DNA of 63,867 bases, the filler included, from Vezdaea acicularis (taxonomy: Eukaryota), in NCBI GenBank assembly GCA_026025075.1. It is 4 parts of 4 records of this genome, joined end to end, with 100 filler letters (N's around TTAATTAATTAA, not from the genome) between each part and the next. Parts side by side here need not be neighbours in the genome. Positions count along the whole stretch, not along the records: positions 17,446 to 34,741 come from JAPEUI010000214.1; positions 34,842 to 52,008 come from JAPEUI010000215.1; 2 more parts are not named here. One strand, written 5' to 3'. This document shows positions 25,498 through 38,162 of the stretch, piece by piece. The notes beneath the pieces are model-generated. The model was not told the DNA's origin, searched no databases, and saw nothing but the letters and a program-made list of their open reading frames with translations. The translations under genes were made by a program, and so were the position numbers. Within the stretch, counting starts at the first letter, position 1, and every line of letters starts with the position of its first letter.

Positions 25498-26236
25498 CAT
25501 GGTTTCCGGGCACAGCGGGACAAAAACGCTAATATGTATCAGGAAATATTCGCGACTCGCGCTAATGATTCAGCTTCGGATCTGTTGCGCTTTCCAAAAA
25601 TACTTTCCCTCACTAAACCCCATTCATGGGCTATACTATCCAAGTTACCGTTCACACAGCTGTCCTCAAATTTTATTTACTCATGCGGAAGCTCCCACTG
25701 CTCTCCAATTTCCTCCTGGCCCCTTTCCAACGTTTAAAGTCCGTGTGCTCTTAGACTCCTAGGCCAGCTAGTATTCAATGTTCGTCCTGGCAGAAAGTAT
25801 TTCTGAATGGGCGAGCTTCGATGTCAACCAGAGACGTAAGAGTAGCCTGAAAGCAGTCTTGGGTTCAGCAGGAATATTCGTCTTCTGAGGAATGTACTAA
25901 TAATAGTTGTCTCTTATAGTCTTAGTTGATAGATCGTGGTACCCCATGGTTTTGTGTATGTGAGGAGTTAACCCGCAATGCGTGATGCGGGAGACTGAAT
26001 ACCTGCAATTTGCACTATCAATCTTTCGTATTGACAAGGACCTGTCAACTGATTCCCTCTTAGTATTAACTACTACCCACCATGCCTTCATATATTGTCT
26101 AACATGCAAGCTAAAGATGCTTCAAGTTTTGGCCCGTTCCTTTGTATCCAAAATGCCCATAATAGTCACGCTACCTTGAAATGCGTACTTTCCCACAAAT
26201 TCCGAATATCCAAGCTATGCCTCCTTACACTGCTTT

Positions 26237-28267
26237 CTATGTTATTATCTCCTTCAATTCCTGCACGACCATTCTGTTAAAATTTCGCTGTAATTCCGCT
26301 CCTTGTTTCATTTCCAAGTCTCTGTCAATCTCGTCCTCATGCGATCTATCAAGCTCCATTTCGTCTGCATCTTTCTCTAGCAGTGCTTCCCGACCCTGAA
26401 GACAAGCTCTTACAGCATCATGATAGCGATTGCCTACCTTGCCTCTAATCTTCTCGAGGTAATTTTTATCCCGCTCGTACCCCTCTCGCATCAACAGCTT
26501 GTAGTAAATTGCGCGTGTCTCCGGCGGCCTTGCTTTTTCGAGGTCTTTAATCCCGACAATAGTGTGTATTGGTTTCCAGTAAGCAAGTTCAACAAGCAGA
26601 ATGCCAAGCGCATAAATGTCGAACGTCTTTTTAAAGCCCTCGGTCGGCTTGTCCCCGTGCGCACTAGGATGGCGGTACACATCGCAAGTAGGATCTTGAG
26701 CAGGCTTCTCCGTGAACTCTCCAACACGGTACGGGCGCGCGTAATCAAAGCCAGAAAGATAGGGAAGACTAAAGATGGGCTTATCACCCCTGTCAGCGTC
26801 GGGAAAGAAGACGATATTGTGACTACGCAGTCCCTTGTGTAACCAATCAACAGAGTGCAGGTATTGGATTGACTGCGCAATGGCAGTAGCGAGTGCGACT
26901 CGTTCTGTCCATGATGGCTTGCTCTTCTGGAAAAGCTCCAGAAGACAGATCGGTTTCGTGGAGGCGTTGACTCCTTTGTCTTTAGTTGGTTTAGCGAACA
27001 CAAAGCCAAAGCGGTAATGGACGTCGTCTTTGGGTAGATCGCGGAAATAGCCTAAGCAGTCCGGGGCGCGAAAGCCCTTCGGTTTGGTCATCTTGAGTAA
27101 AGCAGCCAGCTGTTGTACACGATTGAGAACCTCAGGGCGAGGCTCATTTTCAGCTGCGTTTGCTGGTTCGTAGGTCTTCCATTCGATCCAGACACGACGA
27201 GCAGTATCAAGATGTTCATCAAGAACGGCCTCGGAACGAGAGCTCTGACGTCCTATGATTGGCTTTGGTTGTTCGACATCAAAAGTAATACGTGCTCGTT
27301 CAATCTCGGTGGTCGATGGATCGATGACCGAGTCATCCAGCCCTAGAGTTTGCGCCGTATGAGGATCGATGATTCCTCGACCTTGGCCGTAGCCTGTGTG
27401 AACTGCTTTCACACGAGCCAAGTTGGCCAGGCCTTCAGCTCTATTTTCCAATGGCTCTTCAAAGATCATAGCGCTTTGACTTCGCAACAACCCCTGCGGA
27501 TTAAAAGGTAGATTCGTTTCGACCTTGACTGTATCAAACGACATGTTGCCTGCAGCGAAGAACCGTAGAAGGTTATCCATTTTGGTATTCAGGTTCATGA
27601 TCTCGAAACTGGTTTGCCTTGATACCTCGGTGAGTCTATTGAGCTGCGCATCATTCAATAAGCTACGCATGATTCCATTGAAGTAAGCCAGTCTCTTCAA
27701 GAGACCTTTGTATTCCTCGACATGGAAGACCGTGAACTTAACCTGCTTCGTGAATTTTCCAGTGGTTCCTCTAAATCTCAGGCATTTGGATAGCATGCCT
27801 GTGTGGAGATTTGGGAACTTGCCCCGTATAGCCTCCGTAGATGAGTCTCCGCTGGTGAGCGCTCTAACGTCATCTTCCACGTCCACATCCACTAAAGATG
27901 GCTCTCTTAACACTTTGTACTTGTTGTCGAGCTTTCCAAAAGATTCAAGAGTGTTGGTTGTTTGGTGGAGGATATCGTGGACAAGCTGCCGATTGTCCAA
28001 GCTGAGCCGTTCATCATTCTCAGCCAACTCCGCGACTTGGGCCCAGTCGAGGAGACGATATTGCTCTGTCTTTAGCCTAACGCTGAGGTATTTGTATTGT
28101 TCTGGTACACCTCGGGCATCGCCGAGAAGCTGATATGCTATAGTCGAGCAGCTTAGTGGATGCACTTAATCGATTCCATGGGGCTAGGACGTACCCTTGA
28201 TACAACCCGAAAATATTTGAAAAGTCAAAGACGCCACAGCCAAGGGCGTCCCAACGGGATCTACCAT
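26237..28267 (-). CDS. HeLo (prion-inhibition and propagation) domain fused to a C-terminal kinase-like, probably pseudokinase, domain; 2 exons
   Basis: The spliced N-terminus MVDPVGTPLAVASLTFQIFSGCIKAYQLL...RLKTEQYRLLDWA is typical of HeLo. The C-terminus has kinase-fold motifs VWIEWK, YLHSVDWLHKGLRSHNIVFF, LSGFDYARP, YRHP and DIYALGILLVEL. Intron 28194-28138. Confidence 0.88.
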
Positions 28268-29467
28268 GATAACGACGAAACAGCTAAGAATATGAAGATG
28301 AAGGCATCAACGAAGGACACACTCAGCGGGCACTAGCAATTGATAGTGGTATATGATCGCGCGGCCCTAAACAGTCGGGGGCGCTTGTTCATTCTATACA
28401 TGATGACGAGGCTGCCAGCGGCTAGCCTGAGGAGAATATAACCGGCCTGACCTGTGGGGGAAAATCATGATTCTATAGAAGAGACTCGAGGCTGGATGCG
28501 CCTCTGATGCTGAAACGCCGCTCAGGCATGAGTGGTGTTCAACTCAGCCAATGAGAATCGCAGAAGATGTTGGTACGGCGTCTCGCTATGCTCAAGGCAG
28601 AGAGAGCGTCACCTGGGTGTATGCCACAAAACGAAGCAGTAAGCTCTGCGTTTAAATTACACCATTAGGCATACAATCTGCCTGGATATCTTTGGACGTT
28701 TTCGCAGGAATTTGCAGCGAAATATATCTCGAGTCCCCGAAGCTTGGAGGGAGTAGCCGGTAAGGTTGCGACTACAGTAGCGCTGCCGCCTTTAGAAACG
28801 AGCTAGAAAATCATAAGAGAGGCAAGGCGTTTCCCGAGCAAAACGGATTAAATTCAACACTTTGCTCACTAAGCAAGGCTCGCCCTTACATTAGAGGCAT
28901 TCCATTTGCCCGGTCCGCCGTAGCTTTCTCTGTTTTATTGAAAAGGATCTAGGAACACGAGCTACCCTGGATTGGATTCTAGCTCGCAGAAAGCTTGATC
29001 GGCGATTGAACGGGACATAAGTCACGGCTGACGTCGTCACGGTTGAATGCTAGTGATGAGCGACCAACCAGCGAACGAGGGGTCCTGAGCTTAATCACGA
29101 CCTTGTTAGACAAAAAATGCTGTCGAGCCTATCATAACCAATCTAGGGCGTTGTTGGGGCCGTATGAGTCTTCTTTTGATGTCAAGGTTGTCGTCAGCCA
29201 TATTGAAGAGATCGGTGGGCGGCCAACTTGTCCGCCGATGGCCCTCACGAAGCGGCGTGCAGCTTAATTTCCACTGCAGACGTGGTCGTCGTCGTGTCTA
29301 TTCATGAATTTTGGAGATCAGTACACCCTTTTCTTCCTCGTTTTCAATATCTATTACGCTTGCGTCTCTATTTCTCTAGCAGTTGAACCGTCTCAATTAT
29401 TTTTCTTGACAATTCCATCATTGTACCCGAGGTCGTCATTCTCGCGACGGTAGTCCCGACCCACATC

Positions 29468-31066
29468 ATGAAGATCATTATCGTCGGCGCCGGCATCAGT
29501 GGCCTAACCTGTTATCTCTACCTCAAGAAGCTCCTCCCGAATCCTCCAGCGCCCGCTCCCGCCCACGAGATCATCATCTATGAATCCTACGCCTCTCCAA
29601 AAGCCAGCCAGCGCGCTTCGGCGCCGGCACCCAATGCAGAGCGCCGCTCCCTAATCGGAGGGGGACTGGGAGTCGCTCCAAACGGCATGAAAGTCCTTCG
29701 CGACCTAGACAAAGAGCTCCACGACGAGATGCAAGCACGTGGCTACCCGACGGTCAATGTGCTGCTGCGCTCGGCGAGAGGCCATACCTTGCAGAAGATG
29801 GTGGATATGGGGAGTAAAGGGGAGCTTGAATTTCTTGTCTTGTGCAGCCGTCAGGCAGTATGGGATTGTGTTCGTGAACGGGTGCCTGATGAAGCCTTGA
29901 GAACCGGCCGAGTCGTCTCAAGAGTCAATAAGGCTGAGGGCGGGGTGCCGTCCATCGAGCTTGAAGGGGGGGAGATTGTCGAGGCTGACCTCATCATCGG
30001 TGCTGATGGTGTGAAGAGTGTAGTTAAGAAAGCCATACTAGGAGACGGCATCAAAGACGACTATCCCCCTTATTATACGTACGTTCTACGATAGTACATC
30101 TTCAGAGACACGAACCCATGGATGGCTGATCTCTTTAAAGGGGGCTAACCGGCGTCGGAGGCTTCATACCTTCAGACTACCTAAGAGCCAACACCAAGGA
30201 AGAAGAGTCTCCACGTCCCGAGACCAGCGCCATGATCTGTACATTCGGCGCCGCCGGGTTTTTCGGCTAGTAAGCAATTGCGCCCGACCCTCAATAGAAC
30301 CCCTACTAAACAACCCACAGCGCCCCATGCACAAGCGGGCCCCATGCGCCCCTGGCGCGCAAAGACGTCGAGAACGGAGAAGCCGCTCCTCTCGGAGACA
30401 CGGCCATGTGGTGGTCGACGTACGAATCTGCGACGCTCCCGGACACGAAGAAGCCGGACCAGGAAGAGATACAGAAGCAACTCCTTGAGCGCCACGGCGA
30501 CTGGGCAGACCCTATCATCACGCGCATCGTGAGGGAAGTCGATATTCAGTCGATGATCCCTACCTATATCTCTCCCATCCTCCCCACCTGGCAGGCCGAC
30601 GGACTCGTCCTTATCGGCGATGCCGCGCATGGTAATCCCCCAACACTTCCCCCTCCCCTATCAGGCTTCTAACCCCCCACTAACCACCCCCTTTACAGCC
30701 CTCCCCCCCACATCTGGCCAAGGCGTCTCCGTCGCCCTCGAAGACGCCCACCTCCTCTCCCTCCTCCTCTCGCACCACCTGCACCATCTCTACACCTCCT
30801 CCCACCCCCAACCTACCTCAACGGCCCTCCAAAAAACCCTCACCACCGCCACCACCGCCTACGTCAGAGCGCGCAAACCACGCGTCGAGCGCATCCGCGA
30901 CTTTGCCCTTCGCATGAGCGATCAGAAACGCAAGAAGGGGCTCGTGGGGGAGTATTTCTCGTATTTCGTCGTTTGGCTCATGGGGTTGGCGATGCCGAAT
31001 CTGATGGCGGAGATGGTGCATGGCTATGATGTCCCAACCGAGGCGGAGAAGGCGTTTAGAGCGTAA
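29468..31066 (+). CDS. FAD-dependent monooxygenase (group A, salicylate hydroxylase-like), 4 exons
   Basis: IIIVGAGISGL (GxGxxG), DLIIGADGVKSVV (DG motif) and LIGDAAHALPPTSGQGVS (GD motif). Introns 30079-30140, 30270-30320, 30632-30698. Confidence 0.93.
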
Positions 31067-31729
31067 GTCTGCAACAGCTTTTGAATAACAGCTGAGGAGC
31101 TGTATAGGGGTAGTAGGGGTGCGGTCAAGGGTGCGGCGTCGGTTGGTTTTGGGGTCGAGGCTGGTGGCGGTGATGGTGGGTGTGTGAGGTAGAGAGTGAG
31201 GTGGAGAGGTGGGGGGAGGGAGGGTGTAGGGCAGGAGGGGTCGGGGATGGGGAAGAGGAAGTGTACATACTGGGGTTTTATGGGCTGTGTTAGAGGAGGA
31301 AAGATTAGCCACTCTACTCCCAAAATCAAATCATCGAGCCGATCACGATCAGACCAAGCTTCCCTCTTCACTCAACCCCAGAGAAACTTCATAATCACCA
31401 ACCGCTCTGTGACATGAACCATGCATTTGAATCGTCGTAAACATGATATATAATTATCTACCCCCAGATCTCGAAAAAAAAGAAAAACGCCGGGCCTGCA
31501 TGCAAAGCCGAACCGAACCGTGCAGAGGTATATAGCATCTACTCTATCCCAACCAACCCAGCCCGACAAAGATAGGGGCGGTCTAAGTTATCCCAAGAGC
31601 TGGATTTCAAGCTCCACGACTAAGAAGCCTCCTCGAAAAGAAAAGAAAGACGTCATTCCTCGAGCCCAGTCTGTCGCGCAAATAAGGCGGTGTTGAAAGT
31701 GCAAGGATAACTGGACGGATGAAAATTCC

Positions 31730-32758
31730 CTAGACATCGAGGGCATCACCCTTCTCCTGGTCCGACGAGTGGCCCGAGGTATGCTTGCCCGGGAGCTTGG
31801 GGAGGAAGTCGTGCAGGATGAAGCCGGGGTGGTAGATATTGAAGACGAGGATGGAGACGAGGACCATAACGGCGTCGAGACCAAAGAACTCTCCTTCCTT
31901 CTGCATGATCGGGTTGCCCCAACCGCCGGCCATCTCGGCGACACGGTACGCGCAACGGATGAGCAGGGTGATGAGCGAGAGCGCGATGGCGCCGATGGTG
32001 AGCTGGAACTTGCGCGAGTGGCGGAGCTCGAAGGTCTCGGGGTTGAGGGCGTGTTTGTTCTTGTAGGCCATATACGCGTACTGCAGCGCGAGGACGGCGA
32101 AGATGGTGAGAGTGGCGACTTGGAAGGCGACACCGGCGATCATGAGGTTGTTGCCGGTCTTGAGGTCGGAGTCGGTGACGGCGGCTGCGGAGATGCCCCC
32201 GCCGGCGCCTTGGAGGGCGATGGACATGAGATCGCAGGAGATGAAGATCCAGGTGTAGTATTTGGCGCGGATGAGGGAGAAGGATTCGCCGAAGATGAGG
32301 ATGCTGTACGGAAAAGGAGATTAGTTTTTGGGTCTGGTGAGAGAGTATGATGGGAAGGTGAACGAACAGGTATTTCAGCGTAAAGTAGATACCGGCGGCC
32401 AAAAAGGCAGGTGAGAGGGTCAGGCAGACGATCTGGAGTTTGAAGCCAGGGTCCGTGAAGGGATCATAGTGAAGCATTATTCGTCCGCCATATCCTGCGC
32501 AATAATTAGCAAAACGCTCATAGGAATTTTTGAATCCAAACCCCGGGTCGACATACCTATACTTTCTCCTATCGCGCCTATGGCCATGGCGCCCAGGAAA
32601 CTCTTTGTCTTCCATTTCAGGCCCTGCACGATGTGTGCGACGAAGAGGACGAAGAAGGCGATGAGGAAGAAGATGGAGCCGCCGAGGTTGGGGGCATAGC
32701 CATAGATGGACTGCGAGACGTCGCAGGTGTCCTTTGTGCAATTATCGGTGCCAGTCAT
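31730..32758 (-). CDS. RTA1/Rsb1-family 7-TM lipid-translocating exporter, 3 exons
   Basis: YGYAPNLGG, ESIGYGGRIML, LTLSPAFLAAGIY, LQGAGGG, MIAGVAFQV, LIRCAYRVAEMAGG and YHPG. Introns 32556-32495 and 32367-32304. Confidence 0.93.
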
Positions 32759-34741
32759 GGTGGATGGTGTGAGGTCGCAAACAATTTAGAAGAAAAAGGG
32801 TTCAGTTCGGAAATTGAAGTTGACGTGAGGAAGACAGAGAGAGAGAGAAAGGTGAATGAAGCAAAAGGGTAAGAAGACAGCCGTGAAGTGAGAGATATGA
32901 CTCAAACACACGACAGGATGTGATGTTGGGCTTCTTCTCTCTCGCTCAATGGGGAAGGGCAAGCATGTATCGGATGAATATCTGAAATGAGGGAAGTGGC
33001 TTCGCTTTATGTAGTCGGTCTAAAAGATTACGAGCCCACAGCTAGGACGGGTGTTGTTCGAATATACCTCTCGCTGATTGGAGCAGCGTCGACAAGGGGG
33101 CCCGGTCGAGGGTTTCAAGAGGACGATGACGGAGAACGCGGGGGGAGGACGACGTCCTTACGTGCGAAGGGCCTCTGCTACACGTGTGTTTGCGTAGGGG
33201 CCAAGAGCAAAGCACCGCCCACGAACTCCCCGCCGCCAGATCGCGGCGTCTGAGCCTGTCGGAACGCCGACGGGCAGACTGTCGACAGGGGGCGGAAGGG
33301 CGGCCGTCCGCGCGGCAGCCAGCGCGGTTGGTCGAACGGAGCCGAGCAGGGACAGGGTTGACGACAACCGTGCGACTCCATTTCATACTTTCTGCCAATC
33401 CGCCATTCATCCATTGAGTCGCTGGGAAGTCGAACCGACTTTGCCCACAGCCTTTTCGTCGCGAAGGTCACCCGTTCGTCCAAGCGCTCAAAGGGTCATT
33501 GCGACAGGGCGTTCGCATGGAAATGCGTCGCGCGAGCGATTTCTTCGTCGGGAAACCCCAGCCCCCCGACCCTTTCTGGCGGGCGCTCATATCATTTTCA
33601 CCGTCGGAGCTTACTGAGGCCGACATCCCTCGTATTAGGTGGATATATATCCCCACGCCCGCGCCCTTGCTTTATGGCATAGCATAGCTGTAGCCGTAAG
33701 GCCATCGACCATGTATCAGGCATATCGCTCTGATCAGCGACCCAGCGCCATGCGAGAGGTTCCCATGCGAGCAGTTCTCAATACCTCATGGGGATCGTCG
33801 TCGGGACTACGTCCGTATCGACCCCGGAGACTTCTTACGCGGCGAGCCAAGAGCACGAAACGGCCCCCCCCCTTCTCCCGACTCCTGACGTCTCCGAATT
33901 GACTTTCAGCGAGTCCATTGACTGATTACTAGCGCGGTCCTGGCACGCGTGGCGGATCCCGTCCGAGAAGGGCATTTTGCTTGGGGGCCAGCAGCGGGCA
34001 GTTGGTTCCTCCATCAGCCCTTTCTTACGGCCGAGAGACGGTCAGATGGAGATCTGCCTCTTAGCGCAGGAGCGCGTCTACGCTCGGCTCCGAGTGTACG
34101 CGTCATGACCCGGCCGGGGACCCGCAAGCGAGTGATGGAATGATCGTCGGTAGCAACAACTCGCCTTTTTTTGACGTCGAATAAGGTTGTTTGGGTGCTT
34201 CCAATTGTGGGGTCCGACGTAGCACTCATGATTACATTACGGGCGTTCGTCCGACTGAGGTTGCAGCTTCCTACAGCGTGAATACCTCATCAATTCGCCT
34301 CTCGTGCGAGACAGTCGCTGGTGTATTTTCTCCGCCGCCTTCCTTTTCGCGAGCAGCTCGCTTCGGAGATTACCTAAACGGTCCACCGATGTTTTCCCGC
34401 TGACTAAGGCGAGGGACACTCTTGCTCTTTTGGGCCCGAACAACCCCTTCCGAATACACACTCGTTGTTTTGAGTTGTCTTCCAGCAGCCAAATAACCGC
34501 GCACAAAAGCTCGCATAGTAGTCCACAAAAGCGCTACACGACACGAAGGCACAGCCCCCAGCAGAACCTCATGACTCTGCCCTACGCCCGATGCAGCGCC
34601 TCTCACCAGTGCCCCATCGAGAGATCTGTGCAGATATGGCTCATCCCGTAGAAACCCGCCATCACCGCCGAAAGAAAGAATGCGCATCGAACCTTCTGCT
34701 CCTCCGCGCTAACAACTCGGGCTTTATTCAGCCCTTTGCGT

Positions 34742-34841
34742 NNNNNNNNNNNNNNNNNNNNNNNNNNNNNNNNNNNNNNNNNNNNTTAATTAATTAANNN
34801 NNNNNNNNNNNNNNNNNNNNNNNNNNNNNNNNNNNNNNNNN
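34742..34841. other. Artificial contig-joining linker
   Basis: 44 N + TTAATTAATTAA + 44 N. Confidence 0.98.
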
Positions 34842-34948
<107 letters not shown>

Positions 34949-35325
34949 AAAAGGGCTCGAAAGGGAGTCGCAGAGGGAAAGGGGAGCTGCGGCCTGGCCG
35001 TCGGAACGATATTTGATGATCTTTCCTCTGTTTTTACTCGGCTTTCTCCTACTCCTTCTCTTGGGCGCGTGGCAAAAGGGTATGATGATCTCCATCTTTT
35101 GGGGGGAAGGCACGGCGGTGCCACGGGGTTTTTTTCGTGACTGGGGTAGTTGCACGGATTTAGTCTCACACCCCCTATTTCCGCCATACGTTCATCATAC
35201 ATGAGCATTCCTTGACCGTTCATCAATCGGTTCATCAACACAAGCAAACAGACGCCCTCAACGCCCATCCCTCCCATTCCCCTCTATTCCCTTCTCCCAC
35301 CCACCTCCCACCCGCCCTCCCCCCA

Positions 35326-36645
35326 CTACACCGCCCCCGCAATACTCAACTCTCTAATCTCCCTCAACACATCCTCAACCCTCTCATCCAGCGCTCCCTG
35401 GGCATATAGCTCCCTCGTATCCCTCTCCAAAAACTGCTGCACCTGCGCCATCCTCGAGTATGCCTCCGCACAAAACCGCAACTGGATCTTCACCAACGCC
35501 TCAAAAGTGGGGTCTAGATACGGCACGCGCAAGTCGATGAGTTGGGGCAGTTCGGCGAAGAGTTGGTCGTTGAGGGCTTCGTAGGCGGCGCGGGCGTCGG
35601 TGGATTCCTTCTCGGCGCGGGGCAGCTTGGTGGGGTCTTTGTCGGGTTTTTCGACTAACTTCTTGACTTTGGCACGCGTGGCGTCGTAGTCGAGGAGTTT
35701 GTGGTTGCGTTTTTTGATGCCTAAGGTGGGAAGGGGGTTAGGAATTGGGAAAGGGGGGGATGGAGAAGGAGGGGGGTGGGGAGAAATACATTCGTTGATG
35801 TCGGGAAAGTAGGCGCAGAAGCGCGATATGGGTTCTAGAACGGTGGTGCTGCGTCGCGAATAATTAGTCAGCTTATGTCCTTGTATCCCCTCATCATCCC
35901 ACCCACCATCCCCCTTCTCTTCCCCCGTATCCAAGCAAATGTTAGACATACCGATATGGCCCATCCAGCGCCTTGATGGTCTCCGCGTCCAAGTCCTCAA
36001 CCGCCTGCTTATAACTCCGACTCACCCCGTCCTTCGTCCCCGCATCCCCATAAAAAGCGTCGATCGTCTCCGCGATGCGCATTTGCGAGGCCGTCATGGC
36101 TGTTGATATGGATAGTAAGCTTTAGCTTGGGGCGGAGATGCAGAGTACGTATATGCTGGGGTGGTGGGTTGGGCAAAAGCTGTATGGGGGAGTAGGGCAA
36201 GAGGAGAAAGGGGCCGAACGAACCGCGCAAAGAATCCAAATACCCCTTCGCCTCCTTCTGCAGCTTATTCGCCGCGGCTTCCATAGTGCGGTACCGACTA
36301 TACATTCTCCATATCAGCTCTGCCCACTCAAGCTCGACCGGAGCTTCATGACGGTGCGAGGGAAAGACCTACCGTTCTTCAACCTCATAGTCGCGATCAT
36401 TCGTCTTTTCCACATGTCCTGGACGTTACATCTAGCGTCAGCTGTGAAGGCTGGATGTGAGAGGGCGGGAAGGAGAGCGGCGGCGGCAGCGCACCCGTTT
36501 TCATCATCACCTGCGTCGTCGCGCGGTTGACATTTTTCTTGAAGCCTGGACGTCTGCGTTAGTCGTTTTTGCATCGTGCGGTAACGCGGGACGATCAGGG
36601 GAGAAAAAGGAAAGAGAGGGAGTAGGACTCACCCGCCCACGACAT
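35326..36645 (-). CDS. RVS161: BAR-domain amphiphysin Rvs161/Hob3, multi-exon
   Basis: Spliced MSWAGFKKNVNRATTQVMMKTGHVEKTNDRDYEVEERRYRTME...LPQLIDLRVPYLDPTFEALVKIQLRFC...ELSIAGAV, with about six GT-AG introns. Confidence 0.96.
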
Positions 36646-38162
36646 CTTCGCGGTTGTTTAGTTCTTCTCAGTCTGAGGGATAGCTTTCGTATACCCTTCC
36701 TCTACACGAAAGGCGGGGAACACAAAAAGGGAAGCAAAAAGGTGCCTCGTAATTGACCTATTCGAAAAGGCCTATAGTTTATTGATCGGTCAAGTGAGTG
36801 GTGGTGGCAGATGTGAGAGAGTGAGTTGAGTGAGTGAGTATCAAAACGTCGTCGTCACGTCCGCGCCAACTCGCAAGTCAACTCGATTCAAACTTCATAC
36901 GGTGTTCCAAGCTCAAAGTCAGCCAAAACGAGTCGCTTAACTTAGCCGCCACGCCACGAACACAGAACCGCGGCCACTGTATGCCCGAAATATCACCCCC
37001 CCCCCGCACCATCCGAAAAGCCCCCGCCACAAACCCGGGGTATGTACAAGCTCGGAAAAAACCATTATAATGGGAATCAGCCACCCAGCATAAGCACGCC
37101 ATCACGCACACTTTTCCGGGCTTCAAGTCCGCTGCGAGGCCTACTTTCGCAGAAAGACAGATGGGTGCCTGTCCAGAGAAGAAAAGAAATGGCTTGAGAC
37201 TATGCGAGCTCGTTCGACGAGTAAAGAGTAACGTGAGGCAGAATGTCATTACAGCGGATTAGCTCGGTGCCGTGTGACCGTGAGCTCAGTATGATACATG
37301 TCTGCAGGGAGCAACCCAGCCAGTCAGCCAGCAAGCTATCAGCACAGGCATGGAAAAACGGAACAAGGCTTGATCATATGCAAAACAGCTTATTCGAGTG
37401 TACTATGATACTATGATAACGACAGCGAGGTCCCAAGTCAAGTACCTCCCCACTCTATCCCAGATCAGAACCCCGTATCTAAACCCCCTTCTCTGCCCCC
37501 GCTAATACCCCTTTTCCCCCTACCATCAAGAGTCTCTTTGTATATCAGAAGTCGCAGTCTCGGTGATACCAGCAAAGCAAAAAAAGGTTGATCCCATGCA
37601 TTGATATACAAACATCCCTATAAAACGCCCGATCCCCTTGCCGCCGCCGCCATTGCCGCTTGATATAAGACTCAGACCCAGAAACAAAACAAACAACGCG
37701 CAAAGAATGTTAGGCATACAATGTGTAGCAGGACGGCACGCTCATGAAAAGCAGGAGATAATGGGAAAGAAAACCGCCCCTTTCTTCTCTTCTGGTGCCA
37801 GCCGTGTGAGTGAATTTCCCAACCCAACTCAACCCGAGGAGTAAGAGAGCAGAAAAAGTACAGAGTTGCTTAGATGAGGAGACAGGGGTGTAGAGCAGAA
37901 GTAAATGCTACGTTACAGTCGTGAAAGAAGGTGGGTGAGAGAGAGAGGCTTGTGTGTGTGCGTGTGTGTGAGTGTGGAACAGTAGAGGAGTATCGGAGGG
38001 GGAATCAGCGGGCCGAGCAAATGATGGAGTCAAGCGCAACTACAATCGCGGTGGGACGTCCGTCTACTCGCCTCAGGGACGAGAAAAAAAGAAGACGGAG
38101 CAGCTACGATCGAGTAATTGAAACGCTCAAAACCATCATCCCAGTATGCCCTCCTACTCGTG

